A DNA stretch of 64,000 nucleotides from Schizochytrium sp. TIO01 (Eukaryota; Protista; Bigyra: Labyrinthulomycetes). A program made the position numbers and the translations under genes. Under the pieces are notes generated by a model. That model searched no databases. It was not told where the DNA came from and worked only from the letters and a program-made list of their open reading frames with translations. The stretch lies in assembly GCA_004764695.1 (NCBI GenBank), contig SMSO01000006.1, forward strand, positions 635,859-699,858, written 5' to 3'. Positions 57,519 through 64,000 of the stretch are shown piece after piece. How positions within the stretch are numbered: the first letter of the stretch is position 1; every line of letters starts with the position of its first letter.

Positions 57519-59515
57519 AACCAACTTTACGATAATTCATTTTGTTTCTTGCGTTTGCCAAAATGAAAATCCTCGAGACCAAACTAGACCAAATTTATGA
57601 AATGACATTGTGTTGCATAATTATTATAACAGGACCTAGCTCATACAAGAAGTTTACATACCTTGCTTAATGTATCCTCTCAAGCGCCAGCTGCCTTGTA
57701 CTTAATCCCAGCTCGAAAGGTGGGATTGTCACATTTGGCATGTCGTTCTGCTATTTCCTTTTTCTTTTTCTTTGTTTTTTTAAACTCAATATTGCGTCAG
57801 TCGTCGTACGTAACACATTTGACGTCCGGGCCATACTTAAATCTTCCACTCGTCGTTCAAGTCATTGAGGCCCTCATATACTTGACATTGAAAAGGTGCT
57901 TTGTACTATTAGACTAGTAGGGAAACAACTGGAATACTTGCCCTCTGCCCCTTTGTCTCATGCTCGAGTTCAGTTGCTTGAAGATCGATCACTGCTAGAC
58001 TCACTTATGCTGGAGTACCTCAGGATTCTATACTAGAGTTCTTGCTAATGAAAGCCTTATCTATTGTGCACACCTTTCATGGCCCTGAGACCACAAACAC
58101 TTACTAAGTGCCAATTCATATTATTACAAGTAAGTCTGCCCGTGCTCGTTTCCGAGCGTGCGCCTGGTAAAGTGTTGTACTCAGCAAGTGCTGCTAGCTT
58201 TCAGTTAAGTTGCCAATACAGCACCTAGTAGGATTGCAAAGATTTCGGGCTGGCATATTCTACTATTTTGTTACCTTCCTCGCACCTGTGCAAAATTGGC
58301 GTGGCTACCTGCTGCGTGTGAGCTGTTCTAAGGTTGTAGTCTCGCCATGGTAGTGCATGTTTGCTCCTTTACATCCAGGTGCTCTTGTTGGGCTCAGGGT
58401 TGATATCTCTCTCTGCTTCTTATCGAAGCCACGGAATTGTGAGTTTGGCAAGGTAGTCCTCGAGCTCTCCATATATATTTGTTTATATTTATAGTATGCT
58501 AGCTTGCGACCTTCGTGTATTTGTCTCTTTGTGTGGAGTCTGATCATATAATACCTTCCTATTTTAAACCCTGAGACTCCACGATTCCCATTGTGCACGC
58601 GATTCGCCAATCTCGAGATTTAGAACCCCTGAAATAATAATAAGAGTTTATACCAAGTCGCACCTTCTTGCATTCTCCAGGTCTCCCGGAAAGCACCAGT
58701 GAAATTGAAACTATTTGCTCTATCATAGCCTACACCTGGTTGATGCCTTACCACCTAAACCCTTTCGTACTTTATGACCAGATACAAGCTACACATCGAT
58801 CCATAGCTCTCTTGCAGGTTTTCGCGATACTATTGCTATACATGCATAACATTAGTTTTCGCGATGGGAAGCAGGCGCATGCACAAGTCGCGGCGCGTGC
58901 CAACTTTTTCTGCATAAAATGCAGCAAAATCCGGAGCCAGCAGGAAGCAGTATTTTCTTTCAATACAGTTTGCAGGTAGGTACCCTAGATAGGTATGTAA
59001 CTACTATGTCTGTTATAGGAGGCTGCGTGGAATGAACACATGGTGTGATCCTGCAAGGCTAAGGATTAGCATAGGAGGGCATTACACCATTGCTCTTTTA
59101 GTGAACTGTAACTTTCGCTGGGAAAGGAAGAAGAAAACAATAATAGCAAGAGCGAGCGAGCGAGCAAACCACGAACCGAGGCCGCATAAGGTCAGTCTCG
59201 ATCGATCTTTGAGACAGGCTCTGTTAGCAAACAAGTCTGCTTGATCCGGGCGCAGGCATAGTTGGCATAGGACTTGTGAGCTGGCAAGAGCGTTTAAGGG
59301 ACCGTTTGGGGGTCCTGTGCTTTGGTTAGCTGCACGTGCAATCATTTCGATTCTTCACTCTTTCACTCACGCAACAGAGTAAACTAAGAGATACACCGAT
59401 CGATCCACTCGCTGGAAAAACGAAGTTGGTGGGAGGCAACGAGCTACAAAACCTTAAACGATTCGACCTCTGGTGGTGATCCTGATTGAACTCGAGTCGT
59501 ACTTTGCAGTTCAAG

Positions 59516-61345
59516 ATGGCGGCCAAGATGGACGCCTCGCGAATTCGCGAACTTCTGCTCGATTTTTATCAGACAAATGACCCAGAGCGATTGGCAATGG
59601 GTCTTGATATCTTCTCTATGGTAATTTGGACTCAAAAGCATGGCATCGAAAGCTTGAATGAATTATTGGAGGATCAATATGGCGTTGGAATTGACCCGGA
59701 CAAAAATCTTGGTGGCTCAAAACAGGATTTCAAGCGTTTTAGCACATTGGTAGCAGGCGGTGGAAACCCATTGGAGGCGGCCAAAAGGTTACATATTCGC
59801 GAGAAAGTACAAAGCTTTTATGAAGATCACGACCCAAGCAAACTCAATCGCCTTGATGACTTTGTTCAGTATATTATGCTTCACGGCGCTGATGCGTTCA
59901 ATCGTAAACTGTACAACAAGTATGGCGAAAGCATTGATCTTGACGATGTAGATGTGCCGGCGCAATCTACAAAATCAGTTCGTAAACCACCACCTGCTCC
60001 GCCAAAGAAAGCCCCGCCTCCGCCACCTCCAAAGCGCCGTTCGTCAGGATCTAGTCGGCGCCGATCCCGGAGAAGTGATCTCTCTGGACAACAGGATCAT
60101 GACAACCATGACTCTGATATGAATAGCTTCGGAGAAGCTATTGAGGAGGAACCTCATGAGGATGATATTGACCTCCCCCCTCCTCCCCCTCCTACTGCCT
60201 CAATGGTACGCAGCGAAGGTATCGATGAGACGCGCGCAAAGCTCCGCGAAAAACTTGAAGCCTTTTACTTGGATCACGATCCAGCCAAGCTTACACATCT
60301 GGATGCTATTGTTGATTGGGGAATGGGCATTGGCGAAATACAGCTTGAGGAGAAACTTATCCAGTTGTACGGTTCCGGCTTTGATTCGCCCCCTGGCCGA
60401 AAGGGCAGCAGCGTGTCTGATACTGTACGCCGTTCTCTTCAATCTGTGGCCTCTGCAGCAAGCCGTCTGCGCAAACCAAAGCCCCCTAAGCCTCCTGTTT
60501 TCCACAGGCAGAAACCCACCCCCCCACAAAAGCCAACGCCCCCGCAAAAGCCAACGCCCCCTCAAATGCCAACACCCCCGCAAAAACCTGTGATACAAAC
60601 CCGGCAGAAACCTACACCACCACAGCCTCCTGTGTTTCATAAGCAAGCTGATCCAAACCCTACTCCGATGGTAAGCAGCCCTGGTTTGTGGGGTACCTCA
60701 CCGCCTACATCCCCAGTGTCTAAACCTCCAGCTCCACGCAAGAAACCTACGCCTCCTAAAGCACCTTGGGGAGCCGTGGACCCAAGCTCGAGACCAACGC
60801 CTGCAGTTCGCGCTGAAGAAGATTTGAGGCAAGATACGCCTTGCAACTTTTATGAGCTTGATCTTACAGGTGCCAGCTTTGGTATGTGCAAGTGTGGCTT
60901 CTCTCGGCTGGCCCATGTCAAGGGTTCACCAGAGTACCGCAAAGCCACAGAGGATCGCCAATTTAGAGCCCAGGTTCAGGAAGACAGCGTACGGGGGCGT
61001 GCATCTGTATTTGGTGATGTGGTTGAACACCCTGCAACACCAACACGAACCAACACCCCTCTTGGCACGGAGCCCACCCGTTTTGTGGGTTCATTTTTAT
61101 CGAAAACGACAAAAGATGCAACGCAGGAGCAACCACGCGCCGATGTACGCGCGCATGGAGGCGAAAAGGGCGGTGATGGTCCCTGTGATAACTTCAAGCT
61201 TGATATGTATGGACAATCCTACGGTGTATGTGAGTGTGGATTTCCCCGTGACCAGCACAAGATGTCATATGCGCCGCCTGCGGAGTCAAAATCTCGGGTT
61301 CTGGGAAGCTTTGTAAATCGCTTTTCTCGCCGTGGAACTCGCTAA
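59516..61345 (+). CDS. Proline-rich hypothetical protein with three FY..DP.KL..YG modules and two C-x14-C-x-C-x6-H motifs
   Basis: 1.8-kb ORF with first ATG at 59516; internal repeats are visible in the translation. Confidence 0.85.
   Translation: MAAKMDASRIRELLLDFYQTNDPERLAMGLDIFSMVIWTQKHGIESLNELLEDQYGVGIDPDKNLGGSKQDFKRFSTLVAGGGNPLEAAKRLHIREKVQSFYEDHDPSKLNRLDDFVQYIMLHGADAFNRKLYNKYGESIDLDDVDVPAQSTKSVRKPPPAPPKKAPPPPPPKRRSSGSSRRRSRRSDLSGQQDHDNHDSDMNSFGEAIEEEPHEDDIDLPPPPPPTASMVRSEGIDETRAKLREKLEAFYLDHDPAKLTHLDAIVDWGMGIGEIQLEEKLIQLYGSGFDSPPGRKGSSVSDTVRRSLQSVASAASRLRKPKPPKPPVFHRQKPTPPQKPTPPQKPTPPQMPTPPQKPVIQTRQKPTPPQPPVFHKQADPNPTPMVSSPGLWGTSPPTSPVSKPPAPRKKPTPPKAPWGAVDPSSRPTPAVRAEEDLRQDTPCNFYELDLTGASFGMCKCGFSRLAHVKGSPEYRKATEDRQFRAQVQEDSVRGRASVFGDVVEHPATPTRTNTPLGTEPTRFVGSFLSKTTKDATQEQPRADVRAHGGEKGGDGPCDNFKLDMYGQSYGVCECGFPRDQHKMSYAPPAESKSRVLGSFVNRFSRRGTR
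60509..60589 (+). repeat. 18-bp coding tandem repeat (QKPTPP)x4.5
   Basis: CA(G/A)AA(A/G)CCNACNCCCCCN-type units, one with Met in place of Lys. Confidence 0.85.
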
Positions 61346-62167
61346 AAGTCTCTGGCTTTTTGTTTTCTGGTTTAGCGCTCGGCAAATATATGCCAGTTTT
61401 ATTGGGCTTTCTTTGATTCTGATTTTTTTCTCTGATTCTCTTTTCTGATTTTCACCCTATATTGTCAAGCGTTTGGAGGGACCAACTGATTATTGATTGA
61501 ATTCGTACGTAATATGGAAAACGGGTAAATCGCAAATGTCGTTAGAATATGTTTGTTGTGCCAAGAAGGATGACAACAAAGCTCAATTGGTACGCTTTTG
61601 CTATTCCGCAGACCATGTGCGAACCTCTTTGAAAATTTTAGCTTATTTCTATAATGTTTAAAGTTTGTTTTTGTTATAGCAATTTAAAAATTAATGTATT
61701 GGACTTGAACAATTACTGCGATAATACTCTATGTGGAGTGATCCACGAAAGGGCCGGTAGCAAAAGAGAAATAGGGTTTGTAAATGAAAGATCTTAAGAT
61801 TAATTTTTTTTTTCTTGTTTTTTGTGTGACTTTCTGTAAGAGTGTGATCAATAATAAATTACATATTGAGGATACGATAAAAGACCGCCTGTATATGAGC
61901 TTTTGAGTCCTTTAAATTTCCATTGAAAATTCACAACATCCATCGTTTTGCATCGTCTGCATCGTTTGTGCTAGACTAAACTATGAACCCTCCTTATTGT
62001 AACAGAAGAAGAAGCAGAAGAAGATATGGGCATGCCCATTAGGTGAAGTATTATTCGTACACTTTACATGTGATACATTTCTTGTCTACATGAACCCACG
62101 CTCGCTTTCGTCCAATTCAACCGTACGCAGACAAGCATAGAGAAGATTGTTGTAATTCCATGAGACC

Positions 62168-62521
62168 TTAGAGCTTAGAACGCAGTATAGTTTTGTGTAC
62201 ACGCTTAACAGCTTCTATCCATTGTGGTTGCGCCTGCGTTAATTCTCGTACATACACATCTTTGGCCTCTTTGGAAGGCATATCCCCAAGGTCCTTCCAA
62301 GCCTTCCACTTAAGGTGTTTAACAAAGTTAATCTTTGATGGTGCTGTTTCTTCGCACGGGCCCTGCGTTGCCTGCTTGAATAGTCCATAAAGCCTCAATT
62401 GCAGTGCCGTATCGTTTGCCACATCCTTTGTCTGGTCAGATGCAACCTTGCCGCTCGCATATGCCACCGCTAGCTCAAACTTTGCAGCGAGCATTTGCTC
62501 CGGACTGGGTTTAGAAGACAT
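62168..62521 (-). CDS. ACBP: Acyl-CoA-binding protein (ACBP domain), about 117 aa
   Basis: FELAVAY...LQLRLYGLFKQATQGPC...P...KWKAWKDLGDMPSKEAKDVYV. First ATG at 62521. Ends in SKL. Confidence 0.92.
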   Translation of the reverse strand: MSSKPSPEQMLAAKFELAVAYASGKVASDQTKDVANDTALQLRLYGLFKQATQGPCEETAPSKINFVKHLKWKAWKDLGDMPSKEAKDVYVRELTQAQPQWIEAVKRVHKTILRSKL

Positions 62522-63206
62522 CCTCAGTCTTCGCGAGTGATTTCGAAGCAAGCCTCGATTCTCGTCCTGCGCAAGTCTACTTCGAGTGATGTAGCAAACG
62601 AACGGTGAGTTTCCTGAGGAGTATCTTCGGCCAGCTTTGTCTGGAGTCGTTGCTCTAGTTCTGCTCGGTCTGATTTGGTTTTGTTGTTAGTAGGTAAAGT
62701 TTTGATTACCTACGGCACGAAAAGGGCAAAAGAGCCTTTAGGATTCTATAGCTAGTTATAAATTCCCAAAGCGAATGGATACCTCGTATGGATTTTCTCC
62801 ATCATGAAGTGATCCTGGCTGACTTTCGAGCCCTTCTTCGTCGATTTTTTTGGACAATCTAAAATACGTGTCAACCGCACTTCGACAATCCCACTGGGTG
62901 CGATTTCTCAACTTCGAGGAGAAGCTGGAGCAAGGAGGACCGCCTCCCGGATCACTTAATACTAAATTCACAATATGAACGGATTGGCGGAGTTATTGAG
63001 GGGGTCCAAAGTGACGGCCCGAAGGCACTCACTCTCCTCTCTGCTTTGCAGCTTTTCAGAATAAGAAAAGTTGAAAGAGATAATGGTGAAAGAACGAAAA
63101 TGAATAACAATTTTCATGAAAAGCTAATGAATCATGAAAAGCTAATAATCTCATGATTCTGCAAATTTAGAACTGAGAACTGTGACGTCTCGGTGCAGCA
63201 GTGGCC

Positions 63207-64000
63207 ATGGAGAGACTCGAGGTGAGCCCGGATGCCATCTATAGGCCAGTGTTAAGAGACTTTGAGGTCAGGCCCGAGGATGCCCAGCAACGTTTCGAGA
63301 AGTGGCTGCATCGGAACAAGATTGCGGTTTCGAACGTGCGTCAAAAGTCCTCGTTTTTGCCATTTTTATGTTTTCGCGGAGACCTCGAAGTGCGGTTGGA
63401 TGGCGCAATCGGTTATACTGTACACTACATGGTTCGAAAACGTCAAATGGAGCGCACCGATTGGTATGTGCGCCAGAAAATCCTGCTCAACAAGCTGCAC
63501 CTGCCTGACACCTCACCTTTAACTCAGGTTCTCGGATCGTTTGCACAGCCGCGAAATATCGTCAACATGGCTATGTTGCAGACTGACACATCTCGTGGCG
63601 TACGAGACTTTGCAAGTATAGACCAGGCAGGCCCACACGAGGTGCAGGAGGTCATGGCAAGGCCTAATTTTGGTCTTTTCAAGATCCTCACGAAGCTAGA
63701 GCGCCAGGCTGAGGAGCACGCCATGGATTACTTGCTGGAAAACCCAACCGGACATTTTGTAGAGGTTCGCGAAGGCTTTTTCGCACGGGAAGGAGGCGCT
63801 GGAATACATCCTGAGATGCATGAGCGTCGGCCAGATAAGGCGAGAATTCGACACTTGTTTACCCATTTCCACAACCCCACACTTACTCGTCTCGTCTACC
63901 TTCCAGCATATCTTTTTGATTACCAGGTAGCAGGACAACCATTCTTGGCAGTAGTAAATGGTGTTGATGGCCGTTTGGCCGGGGTACGTGGACTTGGGAT
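63207..64000 (+). CDS. 5' part of a hypothetical protein running off the right edge (absent from the ORF track)
   Basis: ATG at 63207 in GCCATGG context; frame open to the window end: MERLEVSPDAIYRPVLRDFEVRPEDAQQRFEKWL...FLPFLCF...RLVYLPAYLFDYQVAGQPFLAVVNGVDGRLAGVRGLG. Confidence 0.85.
   Translation, partial: MERLEVSPDAIYRPVLRDFEVRPEDAQQRFEKWLHRNKIAVSNVRQKSSFLPFLCFRGDLEVRLDGAIGYTVHYMVRKRQMERTDWYVRQKILLNKLHLPDTSPLTQVLGSFAQPRNIVNMAMLQTDTSRGVRDFASIDQAGPHEVQEVMARPNFGLFKILTKLERQAEEHAMDYLLENPTGHFVEVREGFFAREGGAGIHPEMHERRPDKARIRHLFTHFHNPTLTRLVYLPAYLFDYQVAGQPFLAVVNGVDGRLAGVRGLG

Noticed and set aside
1-64000. tRNA, rRNA or snRNA genes
   Set aside because: No cloverleaf/T-loop, rRNA or U-snRNA signature recognised by eye; tRNAscan-SE/Infernal would be needed to exclude them.

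Overview
Eukaryotic genomic DNA, most likely a stramenopile protist. I infer a labyrinthulomycete/thraustochytrid from the mostly intronless genes, short GT-AG introns with CTAAC-like branch points, microsatellite-rich intergenic DNA and a flagellate-type KATNAL2; the taxon is not proven. The window holds 14 complete protein-coding genes/ORFs and two edge-truncated ones: sphingosine kinase, glycerol kinase, a 1033-aa unknown, a 10-exon LRR receptor-like gene, a THAP-domain transposase-like ORF, a 2-exon gamma-glutamyltranspeptidase, a CaMK-family kinase, PIG-S, an M13 peptidase, a small hydrophobic-hairpin protein, an RfnT-like MFS transporter, a Dispatched/Patched-family SSD protein, KATNAL2, a Pro-rich repeat/Cys-His protein, ACBP, and the partial CDSs at each end. 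Two long gene-poor regions (~3.4-16.8 kb and ~25.1-33.2 kb) alternate AT-rich and GC-rich blocks. The most notable feature is missed by the ORF track. It is a cell-surface LRR gene (23003-25116, minus) whose eight internal exons of 66-69 nt are all phase-2 symmetric and each encode exactly one LRR, so it is a frame-preserving cassette architecture among almost intronless neighbours. Also notable is the THAP ORF, which has 20-bp-phased upstream repeats and a decayed transposase-like tail. I recognised no rRNA, tRNA or CRISPR array.
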